Below, piece by piece: positions 36,215-50,600 of a stretch of DNA of 64,000 bases; positions within the stretch are counted from its first letter, which is position 1; every line of letters begins with the position of its first letter. This DNA is from Vicugna vicugna (lineage: Eukaryota), in assembly GCA_013265495.1 (NCBI GenBank), contig MU058824.1, positions 2,879,111 through 2,943,110 on the forward strand, given 5' to 3'. A program made the position numbers and the translations under genes. Under the pieces are notes generated by a model. It saw only the letters and a list, made by a program, of their open reading frames with translations. It was not told where the DNA came from and searched no databases.

Positions 36215-37040
36215 TCCTCATTCATTCATTCAATAGGTATTGTTGAGAGCCTGCTACATGCTGGGTATTGTTCTATTTAGATACTGGGGATACAGCCATG
36301 AAAAAAACATAAAAATTCATGCTCCTCTGAGTTTGCCGTCTCATGAGAGGAGTCAAGCAAATATAGTATGTTGGGTAGAGAGTGCAGAGGAAAGTAAAAG
36401 CAGAATGAGGAGGCTAGGGTGGGCCTGAGTTTGGGCTGGAGTGCCATTTCAGACAGGTGCTTGGAGAGGGCTTGCTGAAGGGTGTGCTGGTGTGATTCAC
36501 ATGGCTCTCGGAGAGAAGTGCATTCCAGGCGGAGGGAACAGTCAGGGCAAAAGTCCAAGGCAGGAGCATGCCTGGCTGCTTCAGGGAGATCAGCATGACT
36601 GAGTGGAGCAGGTGGGGAGGAAGTGGGGAGAGGAGGTCCAGAGGTGGGACAGGGGAGGCCTGGGAGGCGCTGAAAGGGTCTCTCGCTTTAACTTTGGGTG
36701 AGATGGGAAGTCAGTCAGTGGAAGTTCTGAGCAGGGGAATGACATGATCTAACTTGGGTTTTGAAAGGATCACTCTGGCTGCCTAGTGGAGAATAAATTG
36801 AAGGGGCCCAGCCAGGAGGCCAGCTGGGGGAACATACAGCCTCTGGAACTCGAGCACTAGCCATAGGTGATGAGAAGAGATGGGACTCAGGACATCCTGA
36901 AGGCAGAGCTGCAGGATTTCCTGACAGATGAAATATGAGATGTGAAGAGGGGTGGAGAGTCAAGAATGACTCCAGATTTTAGCCTGAGCAGCTGGGAGGG
37001 TGAATTGCCATTAGCTGAGATGAGGAGGACCCCGGAGGTA
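36215..37040 (-). mobile_element. L2 fragment
   Basis: cattcattcattcaa tail...gcattccaggcggagggaacag...gaaaggatcactctggctgc...gagtcaagaatgactccagattttagcctgagca. Confidence 0.8.
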
Positions 37041-38029
37041 TAGTCACAACTCAGCCAGTGGAGTTGCCCCAGCAGCTGAGTCCTGGGGCTAAGAGGAAGA
37101 CACACTCTGCCCTCCAGGGCAGTGAGCTTCCTGAGAACTCAGAAAAGAGAAGGCATGGGTGGCCTCTGTCTAAGGCTAGGGAAAACCACCAGGAAGAGGA
37201 GGCCGGCAGGTCCAAAGAGAGGTGCGGATGGGGCATCCTAGACAGAAGGAATTCAGTCCACAGTGATTGAGATCAGAATGGGAGCCCTTCTGAGTGCAAG
37301 CAGGTGTGGCCTGAGCCTGGGGATTCCTTGGTGTAAGTACAGGAGATCAAGGAAGGAGGCAGGGGGTTGGGTGTGAAGGGCTACCTGCCACTGGTCTAAA
37401 ATTGCCCCAATTCTCTAAATTCAAGTACCCACTTGAGCTGGTAACCAGGGCAGGATGGATATGAGCCTGGAGCCTGCCTGTTTTGCTAAGCAGAGCATTT
37501 CACTGCGGAGCACTTGTGATTGTTGGGGAAGTTCTCCCTTATCAGGGGGCCCACCAGTACGTGGGCTATGAGGAGGAGGCAGAAAGAACGAGGAATGGAA
37601 CTTCCCCAGTTTCTCCAGCTAAATTCTAAAAATGAAAATGGCCAGAAAGTTCTTCACAGTGAAGCATCACTGTTTTGTGATGTCCCAGAAAGCCAGACAG
37701 CTTCGTAATCCTCCCGGTGCATTCCAAAGGCACACATGTGATTTGGGGCCCTCGTGGCATTTGAGGAATGGTGCAGCCCCTACCTGCCTTCCCGTGTGGG
37801 GCAGTTGCAAGTTGGCTGTGTTCTGAGCAAGCCTGGATTTTTTAGTATATTTCAATGTTCATCTCTGGGGTAACTTTTTCTTCACCTTTTAACAAAACTA
37901 AGGTAAGATTGGTATGGAAAATGCAGGTAAGCAAAACTTAAATAGAGATCAACTCTAACTCTCTAATTGAAAGAAACCACTGAACATTTCACTCTTTTTC
38001 CATTCAGCCCCTTTTCAATGCATATATGT

Positions 38030-38052
38030 GTACACACACACACACACACACA
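38030..38052. repeat. (AC)n microsatellite
   Basis: Direct observation. Confidence 0.9.
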
Positions 38053-40119
38053 TATTTCCCTCCACAAACATTAAGTAGTATTGTGTGTATCTATTTATGC
38101 TGTTTTTCGCTTAAAGGCTTGGAAAGATGTCTACATTGTCTTAAACATTCAACAACAGTAATTTAATGTCTGCCTAGAATTCTGGTTGCCTACTTAGGCT
38201 CTCCATTATTAGGCTATTATTAGTTTTCACAAATTAACAGAGTGTAATGAACATCTTTGTAACTTAATTCTTTGCATAAATAAGTCTGATTATTTCCCTG
38301 GGATTGACTCCCAGAATTATTGGGTAAGAAAGGTACAAATTTTGATACATGCTTTCATATTGTATTCTAGAAAGACCTTACAAGTTTGTGCCTGTTTAAC
38401 GCAGTTTAGTTTAGTCTGCAGTTTCTTGGGTAAATAGTACATATGTGCATTGACCACTTGTGTCTCTTTTCCAAACTTGTATACTTCTATCTTCTCTCAT
38501 CCTTTCTGCCACAGGGTTATCTTTTTACTGATTCGTGAGGGCTTTTGTGGATTAAGGATGGCAGCCCCTTACCTGCCATTTGGGTTGCAGGATATTTTTT
38601 TACAAGTTTGTAGTTTGCCTTTCGGCTCTGTAGCTGGTGATTGTTTTTGTTGTTTATACTGAATTGTTTTCTGTTGCTGAATCAGTCTTGATGCTCTTCA
38701 TGATTTCTTGAGTGTGCTGCTTAGAAGAGTCTTCCGTACTCCAATGTATTTTTTTCTAATCCTTTGGTTCATTCGTTCATTCCTTCCTTCCCTCCTCCCT
38801 TTCTTCCTTCCTTCCTTTTCTTTTTTAACATTGACATCTTAGTTTGGAGTTTGATTTCAGGGTATGAGGTAGGGTTTTAATTTTATTTTTATGAATGACC
38901 AGTCTGTGTCTGGACATCCTCTTCTCCACTCTTGCTCTGTGATCTGTCTGTATTTCTCCAGGTGCCTTTGTAGACTTCAATATTTTGACTCCGTCTCACC
39001 CTGACTGCATTTAGGTCTCAATTGCTATTATGATAATGATGATTTCACCTTGTCTTTATAAAATGACACCTTCTGTCTTCAGATACCCATGCGCTTATTA
39101 CATATTCAATTCCTGACACCTGAGGGAAGTAGTTGGGTGTTAGCACTTCCATCTTTGGATGCTAGACCTGACACTGTGGGTGAGATGAGGCCAGGAAAAC
39201 TTCGCCTCACCTCTGATGTAGTCGACTTCCCTCTCCAGGCCCAGGGGACCAACTGTCTAAATATTTTGGGGGCAGCCATTTACTGTCTGTCCTGCTTTTG
39301 TGACCTTATCTGGGAGTATCTCTTTCAGCTTTGACACGGTGACTTTTGTGGAGAAAGGGATGCAACATTCAGTCCTCCATGCATCAAACACTTTTTAGAC
39401 ACCTACCATGTTACAGCAGTGGGCTGAGTCCTGCGGACAGTTAGTAATAAGTAAGCCCCAGCGCTCTAACCCAGAGCCCAGGAGGCAATGTTGGAAAGGC
39501 CCAGGAATACCTCTACTGCAAGGCAGAGGGAGTTCAGTGCCAGGCCAGAGAGGCAGGTGAATGACCCTGAGTAGTGAGGAGCACTGGAGCCTGCGGTGGG
39601 CAGTAGTGGAGCAGGCTGTGGGTGGCAGAGCTCAGACTTGAAGAATGGGGAAGACTTGAAATTCTTGTGTCATGTGGGAACTACATTATTTTGGTTATTT
39701 ATACTTTTTTAGCACCTACCGAGTCCAATGCAAGTGACATGAATTCAGAGTTCTCCCCCTGCCCCCCAACCTTTTCCGGCCCCCTCAACCCGGGTGTCCT
39801 GTGTCTTCAATCAGTGAGAGTCCCTTCCTGAATCTCTGTTGCATGTTCTTCTTTTCCCGGCTCAGGCCAGTGTCAGGATAATCCATTCTGCAGTGTCTGC
39901 TATGGGGTTTGCGACATTAATGAATTAGTGTTGACGGAACAGATTAAGCCCAGGAGTGTTCATGGGGAATAAGTCAAGGGGGAAAAAATGCAGATTTTGA
40001 ACAAAGAAATGCAGATTTTTGAACACTTCTGTGAACATTTCTGTGGTTCTAAGAGGCTCAGAGTGTCTACCTAATTCACTATACTGTGTGTCATACCACG
40101 TCAATGTGCCCTACCTAGA

Positions 40120-40290
40120 CCAGCCCCAGCAGCAAATTGAAATCACCAGGAGAGCATTTTTCAAAATTTGTTGTTGCCTGGGCTTCACCTCAGACTGGTT
40201 ACAGCACGGTTTCTGGGGCTTGTGCCTGGGCATCAGTAGTTTTAGAAGGTCCCCAGATGATTCTGATATGCAGCCAAGGTGGAAAGTTGC
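40120..40290. mobile_element. MER5A-like MITE
   Basis: gcctgggcatcagtagttttagaaggtccccagatgattctgatatgcagccaagg. Confidence 0.65.
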
Positions 40291-41849
40291 TGCCCTGAAC
40301 CTTAGCTTGGGGTTCCAGGGGAGCCTGGGGATCACCCAGTCCAACCCTCCTGCACCCGTGCCTGAAAACTTCCAGTGACGACATAACCATGTACTCCTGT
40401 ACACAGCGGGGCTTTCAAGTTTTTCTCTGCTGTTCCCTCCAGTTTAGTACAGGTTTGTTGAGTGCCTGGTGCTTACAGGAGCTGTGCTGGCTGACCTCTT
40501 TCTCTCTGTTGGTAATCTTATTTTAGTTGGACTCTTTGAGGTCAAGTAGAACCAGTCTAACCTTACTTCTTCCACTTGACGACCCTCAGATGTGTGATGG
40601 TATCTTCAAAGGCAGAGGGAAGCTGCAGGCTGTATCATTTCCCCACAGAGCCGGATTCCCAGCCAGAACACCAACTGCTAAGGGCAAGTACCCTTCACAG
40701 CATCCCAAGTGTGGAGGACGTTGGTGGACCCTCAGTCTGGGAGCTTCCAGGACAGGAAGTGGCAGGCTGGGGCAGGTTCTGAGTCGGCGGGCTGAGCTTG
40801 GCACTGAAGAGTTAGCTGTGCCAAAGCGTGACCAGATGGGGAGCACCGAGGGATTCCCAGGTGGATTTCAGGGGTCTCAGACCAAAGAGAGCAGAAGAGC
40901 AGCAGGCAGGAGTAGATTCCAGGGGAGCTGATGGGATCTTGCCACCAGGACCTCAGCGCTGAGCAGGTAGCAAGTGGAGCAGAAGCTGCCCAGCTGAGAG
41001 AAGCCAAGTATTCTTAGTCCTGGGTCTTTGCCCTTTGTGGGGGTAGCCAGCACGGCAGCACACCACAGCTGCCTAGAGCTGTTGATCCAAACACAGCAAG
41101 ACCCTAATGGTGTCCCCTGTGGTGGTGTGAAATGAGCACCAGCTTTGGGGTCAGAAGTCTGGGCTCAAATCCTGGCCCTGGTGCTTGGAAGCTTAGTAAT
41201 TTGGTACAAGTGATTAGTTTCTCGGGGCCCGGAATGCCCCATCAGCCCTAACATGGGCGTAACAATGAGACGCTGTTTCCTGACTGCTCACTCTGTGCCT
41301 CACACCAGTGTAACACTTTCCATGTGTGATCCTCACAGCCGGTCTCTGAGGTGGTCCTGTTAGAAACTCTCTTTTACAGATGATGAAACATTCTGACATG
41401 AGGTTCAGGGGCAGTACATAGGGTCATTGTGAGGATTTAGTTGTATATTTTGGCAAAATTATAAACGCATACTAACCATAACTAGTTTTCAAGGTGAATA
41501 TCATATTACTCTTTAAATATCAGTACTATAAAAAATGTACACTACTTGTTTCCTCTATTGCTTACTTATTGTGAGTATTTAACTATTTGTTTAAATGGCT
41601 AAGTGCAATGCCTGGCGCGTAGGAAGAGCTTTATGAATTCTTTTGGCCACAGTCTATCTTGGGCCTCAGCCCAGCCTTCAACTCTGGGGTTCCTATAGCC
41701 ACAGTCAAGCCAGTGGGATTTCCATTCCTGGCCTGGTAAGGTTGTCTTCAAAAACTGGCTTTGTCCTTATCTTGACGGTCAGTTTGTGGCTGACCCATGA
41801 TTCCCTGAAGTGGGAGAGTAGAAATGAAAACTCCACCTGGATGACCACC

Positions 41850-42080
41850 CTGTTCTAAATGCTTTGTGAATATTAACTCACTGAACCTCACAACTCACCG
41901 TAGGATATAAGTTCTGTTAAGAGTCCCATTTTACAGATGGAGAAACTGAGGCAGACAGAGGTGTGGTTTTTTTTTTTAGTGTGTTGTCATAGGTGACACA
42001 GCTAGTGTACGCAGAGCTGCAGATGGGGGTGCTGAGCCCAGACAGTTAATTTGGTTTCTGTCTGCCCTTAACCTCTGTCT
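41850..42080 (-). mobile_element. MIR SINE
   Basis: cccattttacagatggagaaactgaggca core. Confidence 0.75.
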
Positions 42081-45000
42081 ACATAGCTGTAGGGAACAGT
42101 GGCAGAGGACTGTTCCATTTCATCTGGTGGTCTTAAAACCACAAGGCTAGAGCCATTTAAAAACCACAGCTCTCTGCTGTTTATAAAGCATCTGGTTTAT
42201 ACCAGGCATTGTCCTTGTGTCTTCTCAGGATGATACTACCAAAGGAACATCAGGAAGGCTTCATGGAGGAGGTGGCACAGGAGCTGGGCCTTCATGGATT
42301 TGGATATTTAGAGACTGGTGGTTGTGAGGAGGTCACTCTGGGAGAGGGCCTTGTGAATTGTCCAAAGTGTGAGAAGACACAAGAGAAAAGATACAAGAGG
42401 GAGAGATGAGGCCAGGCGTTGGAAGGCCTGAAGGGCCAGGCCAGAGTTTCTCTTTCCTCTGTGGGTAATGAAAGGTGGTGGAGCAAGAGTGACAGGGTCC
42501 GATCTGTGCTTTAGGGAGACCTACCTGTCTCTATCTTAAGAGGATGGGTTAGAGAGGGTGGGAGAAGGGAGGCCTAAGCTGACCCTGGAAGTGTGGAGCC
42601 CAGTTAGGAGGACACCAAATCCTTTAGGCGGAGGTAATGAGACTGACCCCATTCTGCATCCTTAAGCCATGAAATTCTGTGACTGACTGTTCAGGCAGCT
42701 CACAGATGACACTGGTCAATGGAGGGAAACTGACCGAGCACGTGTCAGGGGGATAGATTTCTCTGGATCACTGTTGTCAGTAACTGAGATGCCCTCTGTG
42801 GAGTTTTTAAGTTTCCCAGTCCAGCCTAGCATTTATCCACATTCTGTCAGAGTCAGAGGCTCGTGTACCAGGGGTTACAGGCCTGAGTCAGGAATAGACA
42901 CCCGTCTCCACCCAAGGTCTTTCTGGAGAATTGGGCGGGAGGAGGCCTTGTCTGAACCAGGCGGCACCTCCGCTGCTTGTTTCTGCAGAAACATGGAGCA
43001 GGAAAGGGCAGAGCCACCCAGCAGCACCTCCGTGAGGGAAGCTGTGCGGGGTGCAGGGTGAAAGAGATGGGGGAGTGGGCCGGGTTTGTTCTGGGGGCCA
43101 CAGAGCTAGTCACCTGACCTTGAGACCAATGTTCAGCTCTCCCATCTGATGGCAGCATCTCTGGGAGTTGGAGGTGTTCTGGGATGTCTGGGCAAATGAT
43201 GGCCAATAGAAGGAGCCATGGAAAAGCTGCTGGTGGTGCCATTGGAGCCTTCAGAAGGGAGCCTGGGGCTCTGGCTGCCACTGGGATGCTGACCTTTAGA
43301 AGACGTCCTCCACCGGAGAAGCTCTGAGCAGCAGTAAGTGCTCGTGAGCCTTTGGGTCCCCAGGGGCGGGAAGAAACATTAGCCTTGTTGAAGGCGTTTG
43401 CTGGGCTCAATTGAAGGGCTCCCTGAGGATCCCTGGCCAATTCCTCCATTCACTGCTGAATCAGAAGCCCCTCTGGTCAGCAGAGCACGCTGCCCAATTC
43501 CAAAAGAGGTGCTTTGTAAATAAGGATCTAGGACTAACATGCCATCAGGCCAGCTCAGGGGCCTCTTGCCACAGGCTTGGGGCACACACTTGGGGAATTC
43601 AGCTGTCATCCAGCTCCTGCTTGCTGAGCTTCTGTGGGGCTCGGGATCCATCTGAAAGCCATCTGTGGTGTGACTGTGAAGTGACAGGATGATGGGAATC
43701 AGTGTCATCACCTGCAAGTCACCCACAGGACAGCCAAGAACGTTGTCAAGACCCGGATCACACATGCAGGCCTTGGGCCCAACGTCAGTGTGCAGACCCC
43801 CAACCCAGGCAAGTGGCTGGGGTCTTGCCTGGCTTCCCTTTATCCCACCCCACACTGGTTTTTGTCTGTACCCTTGATTCGGGTTCTTCATCACCCGCAG
43901 ACTAGGCAGAAGTGAGCCTGGTTTTGAAAAAGCTGAGGAACATTTTTCCATCCAGGCAAGCCCTTTGTTTTGAGGAGTTCCTTAAATTATTAGACTTGAA
44001 GCCTCCAGAGGAAGCAGAAATTGTTCATAGAGACAGTTTACAGAAGGGCACTGAGTAAGCAGTTTGGAAGTAAGAAGTCAGTGGGTGGGGGTGAGGGCAC
44101 ATTCTTGATTTTCTTTTTGGCAGGGGTACCATTCAATTCTTCCCTCCTAAATTAGAAATGCCTTTTTAAAAAATACGTGTCTGATCTTTTGGGGAATGGT
44201 TATTCTGGAAAATATTGTAACCACTTTGCTTTTGATGGTTTCTTCTGGTTTTACCTATTTCTCTAGCAAGTACTTTGGAGCATTGGATTCTTTCAAGTTC
44301 AGCAGCTGTAATTCTGTCTGTGCTCAAATGGTTCTTACTCTGCAAATGAATTTCAGTTGTACAGTTTTCATTCATACAGAATCATTTTGTCTAAGACATT
44401 GCTGATGGCCACCTGATTGTTATGGGTGGGAAAGGGACTTTAGATCTGTAAAGGGTACTGAAACAGAATGGGAAGTTCATGTGATCTTGTCTTCCCCAGA
44501 CTTGTCTTGAAAAAATTCAAAAAGGAGAATCAGGCCTTCCCTTGTAGGAAGAAGCTCAGGCTTCCTTAGAAGATCTGTGTATTTGAATTTCAAAGGCTTG
44601 TTTGAATGTGAAATCAGAGGTCATCTTGCATTTACAGTCTAAAAATTAGACACAAGTGAGTTAGATTGTCATTATTAAGTTTATCCTGCAGCCGCTAGGG
44701 GTGTGACGTTCTCTACTTCTTAGTAATTTAGTGGTAAAAGAATCTTTCCCACTGCTGAAGAAAACACCCCCAGAGCCCTTTTGCTGAAGGATTATGGGAT
44801 GTTTCACTGCATTGGTCTACAGTTGGATGATCAAAACTGACAAGCATTGACAGGTGGACCCAGAATCACAGGGTGTGTCTTGTGGATTTGCAGCAAGTTG
44901 TGCCTGCTGTAGACTGTCATGCACTCAGTTTTAACATACCCCCATAGTACCTGCTCCAGCGCTGGTCGAGGGCCCCCACCTCCCAACCTCATGCCCCCCA

Positions 45001-47459
45001 GAGCAGTGGTGGTGGGTAGTGAAGTAGCACTGACTGATGTTTCGTCTGGGTTCAAGTTGAGGGTCTGTGACCTTGGGCAAGTCACTCGACCTCCCGGAGC
45101 CTATTTTCCCATCTTTAAATGAAGGTGTTCATCCCTGTCATGAGGTCAGCTGATAAGGCCGCTATAAAAAGACTTTATAAATCAGAGTAGCGCTAAAAAT
45201 GTTGTAGACTTGGTTCTAGGTCGGGAAGAGTGATAGGAGACAGTGAGGGAACAACACAGAGAAGATGGAAAGTTGCTACTCTGTAGCCCAGTGGTTCCCC
45301 TCCTAGGAGTTTATCCTAAGGATAGAGTGAAGAGTCACAGTGATTTAGTTACCAATATCCTACAGTATCTGGAAAAACAAAAAAGTGGAAATCACCTAAA
45401 TATCCAACTGTGGGAAATGGCATATGTGTATGGTAGAAAGGAATGCCGCCAACCAAAGCTGGGTTGAGTAACTCAACTGCAGAGGAGTCGAGAAGGGAAA
45501 GGCTCACCACGGAAGACTTCTTAAAAAGTAGGATTTAAGAAACTGAATACTTGTTTTCTCCCCTTTCCCCGTTCCAACCTACGTATGTAGGGAACAAGCC
45601 GAACATAAATAGACCCAAACCTGAACAGTGGTTGTCACTGCCCAGTTAGGTATACTTCAGTTTTTAAAAACAAACACTTATTTAATCACAAAGGTACACT
45701 AAAAAAATTAAGTAGTGACATGTCAAGCACCAGGGGAATGGAAAGGTGAGCCGGTGCAGTCTCTCTGCCTCCCAGCCAGCTCTGCCCAGCCTTCCGAATG
45801 AGTCGTTTTTTGAACTTCAAAGCCAGGGCTGAGAGAGCGTCTCATTGTGTTGGAATGTGGGCGCTGAGGCTCACAGGAAGTGGTGACAAGCTCTTTGTTA
45901 TATAAGCTCACCAGGCTTGCTCTGCGGTGCCAGCGCTGGCCCTTGGTGCCCGGTCAGGACATCATCTGTCTGTGTCATGGTCACAGCCCTCGCCTGGGCA
46001 GGGACCTGTTATCGGAACTGCGCAGCCAGGCACAGGAAGCCACAGCACACACACCCTCTCTTGCTTAACTCCCGCTGGCACGTTGGACCATTCATGAAAG
46101 GAGAGACGCCAGCGTGGAGGGATTTACTGGCATTATTCCTGACTAGGGAAGGTATGGGGATTTTCCCTTGCCCCTTTGGAAGGCACCTCTCCTGGCTGCC
46201 TTCCAAAGCCAGAGCAACCTGCTCTTCATCTGCTTCCGTTTCTCCATTCCTATTTGTCCGTGCTATGTTTACAGCTGTGGTCCTGCTGAAGGAGTTAGTC
46301 CCCAGGAGAGGGATTGGTCCCTCAGTCTGGGAACGTGGCTGCTCCAAATGCCGATTGCAGTTTCCCACTCCGTTAACTTCCCTGCAGGAGGCAGGCAGAA
46401 TGTGGCCAGCCATGCCCAGGACAGGTGCCCACCGAAGCCTTGCAGTCTTGAAGCGTTTCCTGTATGGAAGGGTGTGTGTGTACCCGTGCTTGTGGGTAGG
46501 GATAATGGAATGTCGCAACCATTGTACTCAGCCTCATGCCTGAGATTATGAGCTACGTTTTATTGAGCACCCAGTGTATGCTGTACTCTGCTGGGTGCTT
46601 TAGGTACATCGTTAGACTGTAATCCTCGCAGGAACACTCTGCAAGGAGGTTACTGTCCATTTTTCAAATGAGGAAACAGACTCAGGTTGGGGGATATGGC
46701 CAAGGCCTGTCAAATTTCTGTGTTTTAATTGACATTCCTGTCTCATTGGATACGAGGGACTCAGCTTCTTGAGAACATGTATTCATGTTTTATTTACACT
46801 GGCAGCTTCTGGCTTAGAACTTGGAACATTGTCACCACTCTGGATGAACTGAACCTTGAGGCTCCATGGCTGGGTGACTTTGGACAAATCCCATCTCCTC
46901 TCTGGGCCACAGTGTCTCCATCTGTAATGGCCACATGTTCTCTGTTACCTGGCCCTGTCTTTTCCAGACTTCCCAGGACAGCCATCCCCAGACCGCAGGT
47001 TCCTGTGGAATGCAGTTGATCTTGTAAGAGGTAGTCACAAGCAACTGAGGTCTTTTACTACCAGGCTGAGGCCTGAACATCAGATGACTGTTGTCCCCAA
47101 TTAACAAGACACAAGAAATAAAGTTGCACAACTTTATAATGAAACCACATTTCTCACTGCCATTTCAATTCACCCAGCGTTTAAGGCATGCGTCCTGCCC
47201 TTGGCAAGCTTGCATGTTTCATTCCTTACCATAATCAACCACCTTTTCACCTGAATTGGTTTGAAAAGCCTTGGGCAGTTTCCAGAAATTGTATCTACTC
47301 TAGACGATGGAAGATTTACCACCCTAAGATGGTCAAAGAAGTGTGTGGCTCCTCTGGGGGCCCAACTCAGAGGAGCCCAGAGGGGCTTTGAAATAAGTTT
47401 TTCCTCCCAGAGGGGCCCCTTGTTCTAGTTTGCATGTGTAAGTCTCCATGCATCTAACA

Positions 47460-47643
47460 CAGGGTCAGCAACTTTCTGTAAAGGGCCAGATGGTAAGTAT
47501 TTTAGGCTTTGGGGGCAACATGCAGCTCCTCAATTCTTCCCATGTCGTTTGAAAGTGGCCATAGACAATATATAAATGAATGAATGGATGTGACTATGTT
47601 CCAATAAAACTTTATTTACAAAAATAAACTTCACAGACCTCTG
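47460..47643 (+). mobile_element. MER58A-like MITE
   Basis: cagggtcagcaactttctgtaaagggccagatggtaagtattttaggcttt...gttccaataaaactttatttacaaaaa. Confidence 0.8.
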
Positions 47644-50600
47644 TTCTAAAATGTTAGGCATATCTCTTCATAATGACAGTCCACATTGACTTGTTCCGTC
47701 TGTGTTTTTGTACATACTTGTTTTGACCTCCTGATTGCATGGAAGATCCCCCCACTGCATCCCAACTTCCCCTTCTCTCTCCCTCCACCACCAAACACAT
47801 ACCCCTGGGTTTCTTGAAAGCTCTCTGACCTAGACATGCTATAAGATCTTTTATCAACACTAAGTTGTACAGAAGTAGCCCACATTCTCATGTCAAAAAA
47901 GTACATTCTTATGTCTTTTAAAAATGCACCATTTTTTCCTACGACTATGTTGTCCTGTGTAGGATCTCTTCTTGTATAGTCTGGCTCATTATAAATATGT
48001 AGGAAATTGATAATATTGTGAAACTGCTTACTATTACGGCTTTTTCAGATGCTGTCAGAAGAAAAGTCTTCACTCTTCTGGCCTGTCCTTCATCTCCTGT
48101 CTTTCAAAAGTGCCTCTGGACATGTCATTACTTAAACACTCTCTGTGGCTTCTATTGTGTCTAGACTCATAGCGTGATGTCCAAGCTGACCCTTACCTTT
48201 GTGAAAGGTTTCCTCTTGCTCCATGATTCCCCGCCAGCCGGTTGGAAACCACTTGCCTTCCTCCAGGATTTTACCTGCATGCCCCTGTGTCTTTACGTGT
48301 AATGTACCTTTATCCTCCTCATCCTTCCCAGTGGGAGCGCCTCCCACAGGGCCTGACCTGGAGTGCGCCTAGGAATGCTTGTCACATAGGTGGCCTCAGC
48401 CAGGTTGATTGAGGGCCCCATGCATTCCCGAAACCCCCAGAGTCCCCAAACCTCCAGTGACTCCAGCACAGGGAAACACCGAAGCCCAGCACCCCCCAGA
48501 GCAGCCAGCACACTCTAAATCTATGGCACCTGGTGGGCCTCCAATTGTCAGAGTGGCTTTTGTGCCCACCTTTCTGATGTGATGGTGAGACTTACAAAGA
48601 GGGCAGGCATCTGGGAAGAGCAGCTTTCTCCCTCTTCAGGGGCGGGTGGGAGTGAGGATGATAACAGTTACCAAGCCTTGAGCACCTCCTGTATGCAGAG
48701 CTCTAAGCCGGGGACTTGTGTGTGAGCTGCCCAGGCTTCAGGGTGGTGTGGCTTAGGGTTTCTTCAGTTCCTTCTGCATTGTGCCAGCACCTTGTAGGTG
48801 CTCAAAAAATATTTTTTGAATGAATAAATGAATTAGACTAAAAGAGGTTCTTCTGGAAATATTTGTTGTGGCCAGATGGAAGGGCCACAAATGCCTTACT
48901 AAGGAGTTAATTGAGCCCTTGCTTCATAGGCAGTGGGGACTCAAGGACAGGTTTGTGCAGGGAGGGACGTCTGCACAACATGTGTCACACTTACCCCATT
49001 ATTTGCCCTTTCCGGTGTGGCCGAGATGCCAGATAATGAGGTGTTGGGCTGCACAAAGCGCTTCCTTGTGTCGGAGAGAGGCAGGGCCGGCCTTGAAGCC
49101 AGTTGGCCACCAGCCTCCTCCCTGTAATTCATATGCAGCAGCAGGTTGGAGTGGGCTGCCAGGCAGAGCCAGGGCTTGCCTGCCTCTCCAGGTCACCGCC
49201 TCAGCTTGCTGGCTCCAGCACAGGGGCCGTGGCCCTGACGCGAGGCCTGCCTCTCTGAGCTTTCCCTGCTGCCAGCGTGTTCTGGGAGGATTAAAGGCAG
49301 CTGGCCGGCCAGCTCTTCCCAGGATTTGCTGACTCAGTTGATTGCTCCTATGGCAGAGGAGGGGGGAGTACTATTGCCTTCTGATTTCTTTCCTCCCATT
49401 ACCCCCACTTCAGCTCCGCGTTCCCAGGCTGGGTCACCTTGGGCTTCTCCCGTCTAAAGGCAGCTGGCCCCACAGCTAAGTGCTTTTGCTTTCTCTTCCC
49501 CTAGAGACCACTTTTCCAGAGAGGATGCAACTCATTGTTTTCAGATTGGGAAATGCACAGTTAAGACATCAGTCCCTGGAATCTAAAGTATGCTGAACAG
49601 TTGCTTTGTTCACAGGGGGCTGTTTTAATGGTTCAGGTCCCTACACGTGTTCTGGGTGAACCCCCTGGCATGGGCACAGTGGAGAATGCAGTACAGGGCA
49701 TTGTGGAGTAGGTGTGCGGAGCTGCGGGACAGGGCAGCAGGCTCAAGGCATTCCACTGGACAGCACAATGATCAGGGTCACAGGGGCGTCTGATTGGTTC
49801 TGGGAGGGGGAATCTGGTCAGGCTCCTTGGGGGAGGTGGAGGAGGTTTCAGTCTGACCCTGAAAAGTGGCTGGGGAAACAATGAGAAGTGCTCTAGTGAA
49901 AATCGGCCAAAATCATGAAAATCAGCGAGTACAGCTGGGGTCTAGTGGGAAAGGCGTGGGCCTGGAGCTCATAGTGGGAACAGGTGGGGCTGTGGGTGAT
50001 CTGGCAGAGGGAGGCCTTTGAGTGGCTCCTAGGGCCTGGCTGGAGAGTTAGTTATGCATTTCTATAATGTGGTAATGGGTCTGAAGGACCCTGGCTGGGC
50101 CTATGTCACTGCAGGGACCCAGGGAAAACCCAGGGCCTAGCCTGTGGTGGGAATTAACAGGAATTTGACATCTGGGCTGGGCTGGGTCACCCCAGGAAAG
50201 CCCATGCTCAGCCAGGCTGGAAATGAGCCCCTGCTGTTCTGGCTGTGGCATCTGCTTCCTTGGGCTGGCCTTCGAAGAGCCTGTCACAGTGACTCTGAGG
50301 GAAGCGAGCAGATGAGAAAGATGGAGATGGCCCTCCCGTGGAGCAGGGGAGTGCTGACCCTCACACCAGCACTTAGTTTGTCCTGGGCCCTCACGTTTGT
50401 ATCATCTCAGCTGCCCAGGAGGTCTAGAGAGCCATGATTTACATACAATTCCCATTTTAGGGATGGAGAAGTGAATTTCTTGACGTCCCCCCAAAGGCAG
50501 GGAGCCCCCGAGCAAAGTTGGGCCTCCCTACTTCCAGCCCAGTGTATCAGTCACCACCCCACACCACCCGCAGTAATCAAAGGGCATAGGCACCATTAGG

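Noticed and set aside
42853..43951. Consecutive 198- and 190-aa minus-strand ORFs
   Set aside because: No recognisable homology or exon structure; consistent with chance intronic ORFs.
45917..46543. 208-aa plus and 169-aa minus ORFs
   Set aside because: No similarity to SHB exon 2 or any family I recognise; non-ATG start for the longer one.
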